Under the pieces are notes generated by a model, which made no database searches, was not told the origin of the DNA, and was given only the letters and a program-made list of their open reading frames with translations. This document shows, one piece after another, positions 8,070 through 19,235 of a stretch of 64,000 nucleotides of DNA. Position 1 is the first letter of the stretch, and each line of letters opens with the position of its first letter. The DNA comes from Squalus acanthias (lineage: Eukaryota): contig CM059433.1 in the NCBI GenBank assembly GCA_030390025.1, positions 25,112,001-25,176,000 of the forward strand, given 5' to 3'. Made by a program: the position numbers and the translations under genes.

Positions 8070-10421
8070 ATGGAACGACTTCTAGTTTTGCTCGTGGCAA
8101 TCGGATGTGGATTGGCCTATCGGGGCCTCACCAAGGATGTCGTGGTGTTTGGATGTTCCGGGGACACGGCCCCCATCGCGGTGGATGGGACCGGGAGACG
8201 GAAGGCAGAAGGGACCAGCACCTATTTCCACAAGGGAAGGTGGCCAGGATGGCTGGGAACGAACTCAACGGAGTATTCCAGCACATCGGGGTTCGCCTAC
8301 AAAGAGACTTCTTTAATGTGCCCCAAAGTACGGATCATCGCACCCAGGATCAGCGTCACCGTCGGCAAACGGATTTGTTTGACCTGCAGTGGGAATGTCC
8401 CATTGAGCCGATGGTGGTGGCTGCGAAAGCTGAGCAAAACTATGAGGAACTCTTCGGTTGAGTGGGAGCGACTGGGTAATAATACCCATCGGACAATTAC
8501 GGGGACAGATGGACAAGTGAAAGTCTGTTGGGACAAATGGTGGGAACCAGATGAGGGGATTTATGTTTGTATGTGGGGGTCAAAGTACGTTTGCCCCAAA
8601 GGCATCTCCATATTCTTTATTAACCAGTGGCAGGATAACGGACAGGGGATGAGGTGGGATGCGAGCACCAGGGGGTGCGGAGCCCCATTCTCCCCGATCC
8701 CAGTAAATGCCACTGAGCTCATTACGCGCCCACGCAAAGCCCCGCCCACGATTCCGGTAGTTCTAACTGAGGAAGAAGGGTGCCCTAAAACTAGTAAGGG
8801 ACCCGGGAACGGTTTGGTACTGGTCCCCACAGACCAGATACTATTTCAGGGAGTGCATTACGCGGTGGCCTCGGTGATTTTAAATCTCACTGAGGTACGG
8901 TTACCAGAGTGGTGCCCCAAAAAGACGGAACAGTTGTACCAGGTCCTGTTGACCAAGATGTTCAGGCAGTTTTACGAATTTGATTTTGCAGAAATTGATA
9001 AGACAAGTTTATACACCGCACCGCAGGAAGTTTTGGATCAAGTTGGGAGGCAAAGAAGGGGTTTGGTGAACGATGCGTTCACTGCTTTTAACACAGGGAC
9101 ATCTGTGGTCAACGCTCTAGACAGTGTGGAGCTGCAGACCCAGATTAATGGTTTAAAAACACAGTTAAAGGATATTCTTACAGATGAGAATAAAGTGGTA
9201 GGGTCGGGTCTGCACGAGGACCAAGCCATGACACTACACTTAAAAGAGATTATAGCAGAGCTGGAGAAACATGCGCGTACGGTAAATGCCCTGATTAGGG
9301 AAGACCGGAATGCATCCGATCAAGCTGCGCAGAACGAGGTGTGCGTGCTTTACGGGGCGTGGTTACTGGGCGAGGGCCGCAGTAATTTGGAGGATTTAAA
9401 ACAAGGTTTGGTTCCGTCCTGGATAAGTAACAAACACCTGCGGGCGCTCCACCCTTTTCAGAATGCATTAAGTCCGTGCCAGCTCAGGCTAGCTTCAGAA
9501 GCTTACCCAGTCCCCGTGGACTGCGGACGTTCAAACCATACTATTATGGGAATAGTATTACGCATGCCGGTTTTGGGCAACACAGCAAAGCCCGCCCCGG
9601 TGTATCGGGTAGAGAACATTGGTGTCATTCAGGGGGGAGCCCACATTCGTTATGCAGCGGTTCCACCTTACGTCATCCGCTGGGAGCAAACGATGACAGG
9701 TACAGATCTCTCTGGTTGTCGTGGCAGGGGAGCACACATAATACTGTGCCCCCAGCACTTGAATGCCTTTTTAACACCACAGTGCGGGTTCAGAACGGCT
9801 GGCGCCAAGTCCATGAATTGCACCATGGAGGCAATGGCACAAGATCATGTGCCTCCGCAGGTAGCATACATCGGGGGTGGAACATATTGTGTTACCACTG
9901 CAGCGCAACACTACCAGCATGGAAACCGTAGCCGGTGTCCGGTGAGTGACAGCAGTTTCTGTTTTAAACCCAGGGCTGAAGTTCAAGTAGCACAACAGCG
10001 AATTATCCCAATCCCTGAACCATCCACTGTTCATCTCACAGTAAAAGAGAATTTTACCGACTTGCAGCGATTTGTCGCACATTTTGGGTACCTCATTCCC
10101 CCTCTCCCTGAACATTTAACCAAACTTCTGAAAGCCGTCGCGGTGTCACAAAAGCATTTTTATACCTTAGAGCAGAAAACTGTCGAGATAGGAACAGACA
10201 TTTTGGACATAGTGGTTCCACCGTGGTGGAATCTGTTCACGAATATTGAAGTGCCCTCATGGGTCAGAATAGCCTCCCACATTTTAGTCGTCTGTCAAGT
10301 GTTTATTGTAGTATACCTTTTGTTCATACATTGTAAAAGAGACAAGCGCCTCACCAAGCATGAGAACACGGGAGAGTGGCGAGAACGTTACGTGCGCGTG
10401 CACGATGAGAGCGCAGTGTAA
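8070..10421 (+). CDS. env: Envelope glycoprotein: signal peptide, Ig-like domain, furin site, class I fusion subunit resembling paramyxo/pneumovirus F, TM anchor
   Basis: 783-aa intact ORF. Signal MERLLVLLVAIGCGLA; Ig signature CLTC..W..DEGIYVC; RQRR|GLVNDAF at 9048-9059; heptad repeat; Cys-rich block; TM IASHILVVCQVFIVVYLLFI; several NxS/T sequons. Confidence 0.9.
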   Translation: MERLLVLLVAIGCGLAYRGLTKDVVVFGCSGDTAPIAVDGTGRRKAEGTSTYFHKGRWPGWLGTNSTEYSSTSGFAYKETSLMCPKVRIIAPRISVTVGKRICLTCSGNVPLSRWWWLRKLSKTMRNSSVEWERLGNNTHRTITGTDGQVKVCWDKWWEPDEGIYVCMWGSKYVCPKGISIFFINQWQDNGQGMRWDASTRGCGAPFSPIPVNATELITRPRKAPPTIPVVLTEEEGCPKTSKGPGNGLVLVPTDQILFQGVHYAVASVILNLTEVRLPEWCPKKTEQLYQVLLTKMFRQFYEFDFAEIDKTSLYTAPQEVLDQVGRQRRGLVNDAFTAFNTGTSVVNALDSVELQTQINGLKTQLKDILTDENKVVGSGLHEDQAMTLHLKEIIAELEKHARTVNALIREDRNASDQAAQNEVCVLYGAWLLGEGRSNLEDLKQGLVPSWISNKHLRALHPFQNALSPCQLRLASEAYPVPVDCGRSNHTIMGIVLRMPVLGNTAKPAPVYRVENIGVIQGGAHIRYAAVPPYVIRWEQTMTGTDLSGCRGRGAHIILCPQHLNAFLTPQCGFRTAGAKSMNCTMEAMAQDHVPPQVAYIGGGTYCVTTAAQHYQHGNRSRCPVSDSSFCFKPRAEVQVAQQRIIPIPEPSTVHLTVKENFTDLQRFVAHFGYLIPPLPEHLTKLLKAVAVSQKHFYTLEQKTVEIGTDILDIVVPPWWNLFTNIEVPSWVRIASHILVVCQVFIVVYLLFIHCKRDKRLTKHENTGEWRERYVRVHDESAV

Positions 10422-10834
10422 TGGGAAAATGGCGTCACTCCCGCTCGCCACGTGCGCCGCGGAAGTTTGTACTCAGTGTAAATACGTTGGAAACTCGACA
10501 TGTTTAAGAGTTGGGATTTGTTTATTTTGGTGATGGTGTTGATTGTTTGGTTTTTTGGGTTTTGTTTTTCCTTCCCTTGAATAAAAGATAAATATACAGG
10601 TGATGCGTGAGGTATCGGCCTAGTTACGCCGGGAAGGAAAACAAGTGGTGTAAGTTTAAGGGCAAATGATGCCTATGGTGATATAAAATGTGATTTTCTT
10701 GGGAAATAAGGACGACACAGAGACCCTAGTGAAGTTAAAATTCTATGGGATTAATTTACTGGATTCGGAGTGAAATCGAGATAAGATTGCTCACCACTGA
10801 GATTTTTGATACGATAAGCGGAGTTATTCGCATC

Positions 10835-10846
10835 AACAGGAGGGAC
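10835..10846 (+). promoter_or_regulatory. Polypurine tract
   Basis: AACAGGAGGGAC immediately before the 3' LTR TGTAG. Confidence 0.65.
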
Positions 10847-12419
10847 TGTAGAATTCGCAATTATCGCGATTTCATTTTAATAAGGAGAAAACACAAGTTT
10901 CGTTCAAAACAGCTTTTATTTCAGCGGAATGCTGTCAGGTTTAAATTGGACACAAGCAGCCTGTAAAATGGCCGCCGCACCGCGTGACAGAACATTCGAG
11001 ACTTTTCGGCAGGCAGACAAGATGGCGTTCCAATAAACATTTTTGCAGGATCGATAACGATTCAGCACAGTGAAGACAATACACAGGACATTATGGGTTT
11101 ACAGTATAAACATCGATACTGGGATCGGTCTCCCAGGTACAAAGGAAAGCCATCAAGGGCCCATCCAAAGGACATTAGTATGTAAACTCCCAACGGCTCT
11201 ACGATGAGAGAGCCGTTAGCAGGTAGTTATACAGGACACTTGGAAGCCCCAAACCCCTCCAGGGGGAACACCGACCGATTTAACAATGGGAGAAATATTA
11301 ACAGGTACTCAAACATTCAGGAGTAGCCCCGAAACCCATTAAGGACAGAGATCACCCATACAGGACATTTTTGGGCGCCAAACCTTAAACAAAAGAATGG
11401 ACATTGTAGTTGGGCGGGAAACGGAAGAACTGTGCACTATAATTGCAGGCCCAAACCGTCCATTCGCTCTCTTGCCTCGTGTTCGTGACTCTTGCCGCTT
11501 GCTGCTGTTATCATCGTGGCTGCTCCTGGGTAAAAGACTGTTGAAAAGACCTATGTTGGTAGCTGGCAGCGGAACCGAAGGCCCGGGATGAGATGAGATG
11601 AGATGAGAGGAGAAGAGAAGAAGACCTTATCCATCGCCACGGTCAGTAAATCCCGACCGCGCCTGTAGGTCGATCAGCCAAGCCTTCTCGACAGGAAGTT
11701 TTCTTCTTTAACAAGACATATTGCATCGACGATAACTGGACTGTGCAAACACATCGTATCAATGATATTGACAACGGTGCTCCTCGACTGAACTGTAAAG
11801 TCCACCAACAGAGGTCTTCACTACAGCGGACGGTCCAGCCGACTGACCGAGCAGCAGAAGCAGTAAACAAGTGGGACCAGGAGATCTCCTGACCAACACG
11901 TGGGTGCTGCGGTGAAAAACATCCGATCAGCTATTCGGGATTTCTCCGAGTTATTACGAGTGGTGAGCATGAGTCTCGGGATCCTACGAAGCTAGTTTTA
12001 GGATAGTTATTGATAGGGGAGGGTTTAAAGTAAGGATATTTGTAATGTGTGCCCTATTTACGTTGTGCTGGTCGTTCCTCGTTTCCCTAAGAGTGATTAT
12101 AACTGTTTGTAAGATTGTACTGTCATTAATCTGTGCATATGACATGTATTTCATAATTTTAAGTATCATGCAATAAAGATTTTCCATTTCGTACCGTTCA
12201 AACCAAGTCTACATGAGTTTTATCTCCATTACTGCTCTCGCATCTAAGTCCAGTGTCTAGAACCGTAAGGGAGAGTGATTCGAACCACTCACAGGGGTGT
12301 CTAGTGTTCCCAGACTGGCTGGAGACCAGGCCTAGACCCGCACTGACATACAGGCTGCACAGAGCCGCGTGAACCTCACAGGTTACGAGACACGCAGGGT
12401 CAGGAGAGTATCCCTTACA
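10847..12419 (+). repeat. 3' LTR
   Basis: Same length as the 5' LTR, with no differences found in the stretches compared by eye. Confidence 0.97.
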
Positions 12420-13679
12420 GGGGTCGGGGGTCCCGACCCCATCCCGACTCCATCCCGCCTCCACGCAATTTTGACAAAATCAGTCGCGGGGTTCCCGACT
12501 CCGTCCCGCCTCCAAGAGGCGGGAGAGGCCATTAAAGCCCTTAACAAGCCGTAAATTGGCTCTGTAGTGCCATTTTGAAACGTTTTAGCTAGTTTAACCA
12601 TTTTCTGACGTGAAGCACGCCTGGTGTGAAACACTCCAGTGAAACCTGGCGGGAGCACAAGTGGATAGCTGACTATCGGCTGCAGGTCCACTATTACAAC
12701 GGAGATGTGATGAAGGTAATAGTAGTATTAGGTATGAAAGTCGCCTCTGATGCTACTGCATTGAATGTCTTTAGACACTGCATGGCATTTGGTGTGAGAA
12801 GACTTGGATGCAAAATCTCTCTCTCTCTCTCTCTCCAGCAAAAGCCATGCAGGTCCTCTCTCACCAACATCCAGTCAGTCTCTGAGACCAGACAGGCAGT
12901 GTCTGACCTGCAATGCAGCAGCAATGATGACATCATCAGAGGCGACTTTCAGACTCAAACCACTAATTACTTCATGGGTTCCCACATGCTGGAACTCAAT
13001 TGCCCAATTAGGTGAAAATTGCATCATTCATCCACATTAATCTGGAGTCGGGGGGGAAACATGAAATGCGGATGACACGACCCCAACCCGACCCCAAGAC
13101 AAAATCCAGCCCTAAGACTTTGCATAAGAGTGATTCATAATTATTCCTGTTAAATATTATATACAGAAGGAATTAAGTTCACATAGATTACATAGAATAT
13201 ACAGCACGGAAACAGGCCATTCAGCCCAACTAGTCTGCCCTGGAGTTGATCTCAACTTCATCTTTACAATGCTGGCCAGTTTGTAAATTCGAAACAGAAG
13301 GATGTTCAACAGGCCCTGGGCATTCCCATCAGAAATTTCCCGACTGCACCAGATAATACTCCCAAAATAAGTACTCCTAACTTTTAGACAATTTGTTGCT
13401 CATTCTCAACTTTGAAATCCCAATACTTTTACAGCATTGCATCATGTAAATCTTTATCAGTTTTTTGGGATATCTGGGTACATTATGCCGTTAGACTTTT
13501 CACAGTACACCTGGTCTTGATGACAATACTTGTAGTGACGTGTAGGCAAGACCCATAAGGCTGGACTGAAGGAAGGCAATTGGATGGTGGTAGTAAGGAC
13601 GGTGGTGGTATGGATTGTGGAACTCTTGGTGTATTGGGGAGGGTACACATGGTTCAAGTGAAGCGCACTTTGATGAGCT

Positions 13680-14650
13680 GCTCTCTGAGAGCTCTGGCAG
13701 CTCGGGGCACTGGTGGTCGATGCTGCTCTTGCTCTTCCTCCTCCCTCTGCTCCTCCTCCTACATTTTTTGCTGCCCAGATGGTGGTGAGCGCTAGTCCCT
13801 CATTATTACAATGTTATGCAGAAGGCAGCACATTACCACAAATCTGGAAACATGCTCAGGGCTGTACTGTACAGCACTGAACGATCCAGACAGCAGAAGC
13901 GTGCTTTTACACGCCGACAGTCTGCTCGATGATGTACATGGCAGCAACATGTTGTAGACCAGTTCTACAGCTGTGCCGGGTTCCTGACAGGACTCATGAG
14001 CCATGTCTGAAGGGGATAGTCCTTGTTGTTCAATAGCCAGCCTGTAACTTGACAGCCTGGCTGGAATAAAGGTAGCACAGAGGACTGGCGCAGGATGAAA
14101 CAATCATGAATGCTGCATGTATAGCAGGCACAGACCTGCATGATGCACTGCCTGTGGTCGCAAACCAGCTGTATGCTGAAGTAGTGGAATTCCTTTCTAT
14201 TGAGAAAGGTGCCAGGTTGGTGATGGGGAGCATGCATAGCAATGTGGGTGTAGTCCACGGCACCTTGCACCCTGGGGAAGCCTGCCATGTTCTGTCCATA
14301 GGGAAGGAGATGTAAGTGTTCCTCTTGATGTAGAGAACCTAGGTGACCTCCCTGATTTAATGGTGAACAGCAAACTGGGAGAGGTCACTGATGTCACCTT
14401 CTGCAGCCTGGAAGCAGCCTGTTGCTTTAAAGGTTAAGGGCCACGATGACCTTGGCAGCCACAGGCAGTGCTGCCTACGCCCTGGTTCAAGGCTCGAGTT
14501 GTGGCTGCAGCAGTTGATGTGGAGCCTCCTTAGTGAAGCAAAGGCACCTCATACATTGATCCTCAGTTAAGTGAAGAGGTGCACCTTGAAGATCCACTGT
14601 GGGCGTGGACTCCTGCACAATGTCCTTCTCCTCCTCCCTCGTTACCAGAT
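13680..14650 (-). pseudogene. Degenerate Harbinger (HARBI1-like) DDE transposase
   Basis: Motifs across frames: FPRVQGAVDYTHI, LNRKEFHYFSIQLVCD, GWLLNNKDYPLQTWLMSP, FVVMCCLLHN. Confidence 0.85.
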
Positions 14651-15236
14651 TTCCTGTCTCCCCCATTAGCAAGCCACCCGACACTGCTGCAAATGTGTAG
14701 GCTGCTTGCCGAGAATCTGTTTGAAAGGCCTGACCATGAAAATGCACAGGCCTCCAACAAAGTTCATCAGGTGGGCTCACTGCCCTTCAGATGAACGGGG
14801 TCACAATCCCACTGTCTCTTGCCCTCTCTCACACACTTTCTATGGCCGGGAATTACCTCCAAGCTGCTCCCTCTCTGCCTCTGTAACATTGCTGGAAGTT
14901 CGGCGGAAACCCTGCAGGAATTTCCTCAGAGTTGCTTCCACTCTGCCTCACTCATGGCAAAGTTATAGCAGCAGAATGGAAGCAGCTCAAGTAAATTCCT
15001 GGCCTATATCTCTGTCACTCTCCCTCACACTGATGATCTTCTTGTTTAAGTTACGCACCTCTAATACTCTGCTGTTGAATGCTGGTGATTCATTCGTTAT
15101 CGTTTTGGACATCTCCTAATGGCTGGCACCATGCACTTCTGAATAAGTTACCGTTACAATGTCTTTCACTAAAGCTATGTCTGTGGCCATCTAGCATCCC
15201 CACAGATTGCTCTATCTGTGCTGTAGGTGATACTTT

Positions 15237-16080
15237 GGGCTCGATTTTGTCAATGGGGACGTGATGGAGGCGGGACTCCCACTTTTTGGGTTGTAGTCCC
15301 GCCTCCATCGATTTGTGGCCAACCCACGCTACTTTCCCTTGATTGACCTTGTTAAGCCCGCCCAGCGGGCTCAGCAGGCCAATTAAGGGACACCTGGATA
15401 CTGGTGATGTCAGTGATTGACATTTCATCTGTCAAGAGCTTTTGACAGATGAAATATCAACGTTTGACAGCTCTGTGAAGCTGTCAAACACTGACAATCT
15501 GTCTTCTAACTTGAGTCCTTCTACTCAGACTCAGTTAGAGAGCTGTCCAGACCAGAAAGCAGAGGCTGCAGCTTTTGACAGTTCAGCGGCCATTCTGCTT
15601 TCTGTGCCGGTGAGCTGAGGGACTCCCGAGAACTGAAGGGAGGAAGCCTGGAGGAGAAAGTAAAGGTAAGTAAAACTTATTAAAACACTTTACACACACC
15701 AAACACACTTACCTCTGCACTCATGCACCCATCACTCACCTGTACACTGGACATCTCGACCCCTCCAAGTCCTGCAGACCGACGGTCCGCCTCGCTTTCT
15801 TGGCGTGGTTTGGAGCCGTTGGGCAGCCCACACTTCAGGGCTAAAAATAGGGATTAGCCAAAAAACTGCCTGTTAACTACCTGTTAACAGGCAGTTAATT
15901 GGCACTAATCCCCTTCCTGCCTCGGGGAGGCGGCTCCCAGCACAGGTCGGGTATCCACCTCCTGGGACATTGGCATGGAGGCGGGTTGGGGGCGGGATGG
16001 GTACGTGCCCCCCGAATCTGCAATTTTCCCACCACTCCCGCCTCCAAACCCGCCTCCACGGGGCTTGGAAATTCGAGCCC
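15237..16080. mobile_element. Harbinger-type MITE
   Basis: Termini GGGCTCGATTTT and AAATTCGAGCCC. The internal CCTGTTAACTACCTGTTAAC block is shared with partial copies near 21510-21915 and 43090-43593. Confidence 0.7.
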
Positions 16081-18519
16081 ATTATCCTTAGACTCTCTTC
16101 CTAACAATTCAGAGGGTCTTCAAGGTTCAGTTCTTTCTTCCTCTTTGTTCCTTCTCCAAATCAATGATTTCCTTCATTCATCATCTGATTCTACCCACTC
16201 TTGCTGATGATTTCTCTCTACATTCATCAACATTTATACTGGTGGGAATGTGACCATATTCCATTTTTTCTGCCCAACCTGTGAAAAGGGCAGACATTTT
16301 ACAGGGACCCCGAAGGTGCGGAGATGGATTTTCCTCTGAGGTGAAGTGACTGCCAGAGGTGGGTGGGAGCTGGGCCACTCCCAGCTGGTGGGAATCTGAC
16401 CCATTTTCCTGGGTTGGGTCCCATTCTTCATATAGGACGGGCTCCTGATTGGATCTTCACCGTGTGGAGGGAGCCCACCACTGCATGTCTGACAGAGCAA
16501 GAGGATGGAGTAAAGGGACAGAGCTCCCCAAAGATTATTGGTAATGTTTGAAAGAGAGGCTGTCCATGACCCGCGGGGCCCACTGAAGTGGCGAGGGGCC
16601 TGAAGAAACGCAGAGATGCTCATTACTAGGCTCTTAACCTGCCAATATTGACATTAGCGGATTCCCACTGCAGCCCCAGGATGTACCGCCACCTTCTCCT
16701 GGCAATATTTGACGTGCAACGCAGCGAAATTATCCAGTTTTTCTCACCCCACCGCATCCTTATTTGAATGCAGCAGTCAAGGATTGGATGGCTGAGATGA
16801 CTGCCGGGGTAAGGGGGAGAAGTTACCGCAGTGCTGGTGGGGGTAGGGATCCAGTGATGGCCTCCTGTCCCATTTCCCATTATTTTTCACGGCTCTACTG
16901 CAATAGAGTAGAGGGAATCCCATCCTGTGCTCTCCAGAGATTCTTTATACAACTGATAACTTAGATCTAATGAATTGAAGCCTCTAGACTTATCTTGTCT
17001 GTACACATCCAGGCTGAGTTTATTAGATTCTGATTCTACATAAGCTTTATGCAGTATTTAGTTACAAGTAAAACTAAGTATGACATGACATGAATAGTTA
17101 CATTCAGGAAGCTGTAGGTACATCTTAATTATTTATCTGAACTGTCAAAATGCGGTGAATAAATGAATAAAATATTCTTGTTACAAATTCAGGCCTGCTG
17201 TAGATACCTTCTTGGGTTCAGTGGTGCAAATTATTCCTTTAAGCAGTCTGAATGTTGCCTTACACTGCCTTGTATTTACTTGCGTGATAGTATAATCCAG
17301 GGATGTAACTATAGCATCCCCTTGTGATCTGAACTTCAGATCTTTTGTATGTGTATTTCTTAAATCTCTCCAAAGGCAGACTGAGTGAACAATTGGTCAG
17401 ACGAGACTTGATAAAGAACAACAGTTATGATCGGATTCACTTATTTCCATCAATACAATTTGTTTTAACATAATCATATAAAAATAATGAACTCCATACA
17501 CTACCTCACTTCAGTTGCCTTGCATAAAGTTAACTTATTACCTCCTCTCTCCTGTATTCCATCTTTTACACTTCCCTTTGATGCTTGGCTGCCACCAGCT
17601 TTTACAACTCTCTGTTATTTTAAAACACCTGACTCCAGTGTCAGCTTTTCATCAAACTGAATATCCCCCAGATTGGAATCCACTAGCCTAACTTGGAAAT
17701 GAGTCCTACTGGTTTTAAATTAAAGAATTGTTGCAGCAGCAATGAGTAGGCCTGATCACTGCAATATCAAACTACCTTTCATTGTCTTTAGGATGCTGGT
17801 TCAGACACTGGCCTAGAAATACGATGAAGCTACATACGTTTCACAGGTGCAAAACAGGCATTAAAGTGTCCAATATGGTGGGCGCCATACGTACACATTT
17901 TGAGCCAGAAGTGCGCTGCCTACCATATTGGTATAGGCATCAAAAGATGTGTCTATGCGGCCTTATCTGTACTAATTTATAGTTTCCTTCCTCACCACCC
18001 ATTCAAGGCGAGTTTCTGGTGGGGAATCTGCCAGTCACATGGAGCTTACTGCATTGCAGCACCAAGTTAAAGGGTTGCAGAAGCTGCTTAAAGTTAAAGT
18101 TCATTTTTTCAGGTTTATGCTGGACATCCTGGAGAGATGTATGTTGGACATCTTGGGGAGTTAAGGGTTAACAGTCGAACTTCTTTGTACCTTGGAGCAA
18201 CAGGCTTTCCAGTATAAACAAGATGGCTTTGAAGTGTCGTGAGGAGAAAGCATGGCTTGTCTTCTGATATGTAAAGTACTTGTGTAAGGAAATAAGTGTT
18301 AGTAATAAAGTGTAACTCTAGACTAATAAAACATGGGTAGAGGATCCATTAGCTCTGGTATGGAAAGATAACAGTTGTAAAGCTTTTTCTTCAAAGATGT
18401 TGTCACAGTTAATTAGGGAGTCTTGTTTAAGGGAAGTAGTTTTGGAGTAAACAACTACAACTGTTTACATGAATAGTCTGTTTTCAAAGAATTTGGGAAT
18501 AGATACGTCATGCAGTCTT

Positions 18520-19225
18520 ATAGAATCATAGTATGGATACGGCACAGAAGGAGGCCATTTGGCCCGTCGAGCCTGTGCCGGCTCTCTGCAAGAGCACTTC
18601 AGCTAGTCCCACTCCCCCGCCCTTTCCCCGTAGCCCTGCAATTTTTTTTCCTTCAGGTACTTATCCAATTCCCTTTTGAAAGCCACAATTGAATCTGCCT
18701 CCACCACCCTTTCAGGCAGTGCATTCCAGATCATAACCATTCGCCGCATAAAAAAGTTTTTCCTCATATTGCCTTTGTTTCTTCTGCTAATCACCTTAAA
18801 TCTGTATCCTCTGGTTCTTGACCCTTCTGCCAATAAGAACATAAGAACATAAGAAATAGGAGCAGGAGTAGGCCATTCGGCCCCTCGCGCCTGCTCTGCC
18901 ATTCAATAAGATCATGGCTGATCTGATCTTGGCCTCAACTCCACTTTTCTGCCTGTTCCCCATAACCCTTGCCTCCCCTGTAGTTCAAAAATCTGTCTAT
19001 CTCAGCCTTGAATATATTCAATGACTCCGCCTCCACAGCTCTCTGTGGTAGAGAATTCCAAAGATTCACAACCCTCTGAGAGAAGAAATTCCTCCTCATC
19101 TCCATCTTAAATGGGCGACCCCTTATTCTGAAGCTATGCCCCCTAGTGGGAACAGTTTCTCTCTATCTACAATGTTGAGATCCCTCATGATTTTGAACAC
19201 CTCTATTAAATCTCCTCTCAGCCTT
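18520..19225 (-). mobile_element. Two nested CR1 LINE 3' fragments
   Basis: Typical CR1 ORF2 C-terminus (RTRGYRFK...FFMRRMVMIWNALP). A second 3' end with an (AAGAACAT)n tail is inserted at about 18834-19146. Confidence 0.85.
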
Positions 19226-19235
19226 ACTACAACAA

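Larger units (their letters stand above)
3276..12419 (+). mobile_element. Full-length LTR provirus: LTR-gag-(readthrough ORF2)-env-LTR, lacking pol; lokiretrovirus-like
   Basis: Two direct 1573-bp repeats with TGTA...TACA ends, GGGG TSD (3272-3275 / 12420-12423), PBS, purine tract and three long same-strand ORFs. Confidence 0.95.
3211..13112. mobile_element. Harbinger-type MITE (~750 bp) split by the LTR provirus
   Basis: TIRs GGGCTGGATTTT (3211) and AAAATCCAGCCC (ends 13112), TAA on both sides. The pieces 3211-3275 and 12420-13112 match an uninterrupted inverted copy at 41016-41673. Confidence 0.85.

Noticed and set aside
3276..12419. Identical LTRs as an assembly or segmental duplication artefact
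   Set aside because: The repeat boundaries coincide exactly with TG...CA ends, PBS, PPT and TSD, and match the independent solo LTRs.
13250..13580. Possible host exon in unique-looking sequence
   Set aside because: The frames examined contain stops, and no convincing splice pair or recognisable peptide was found.
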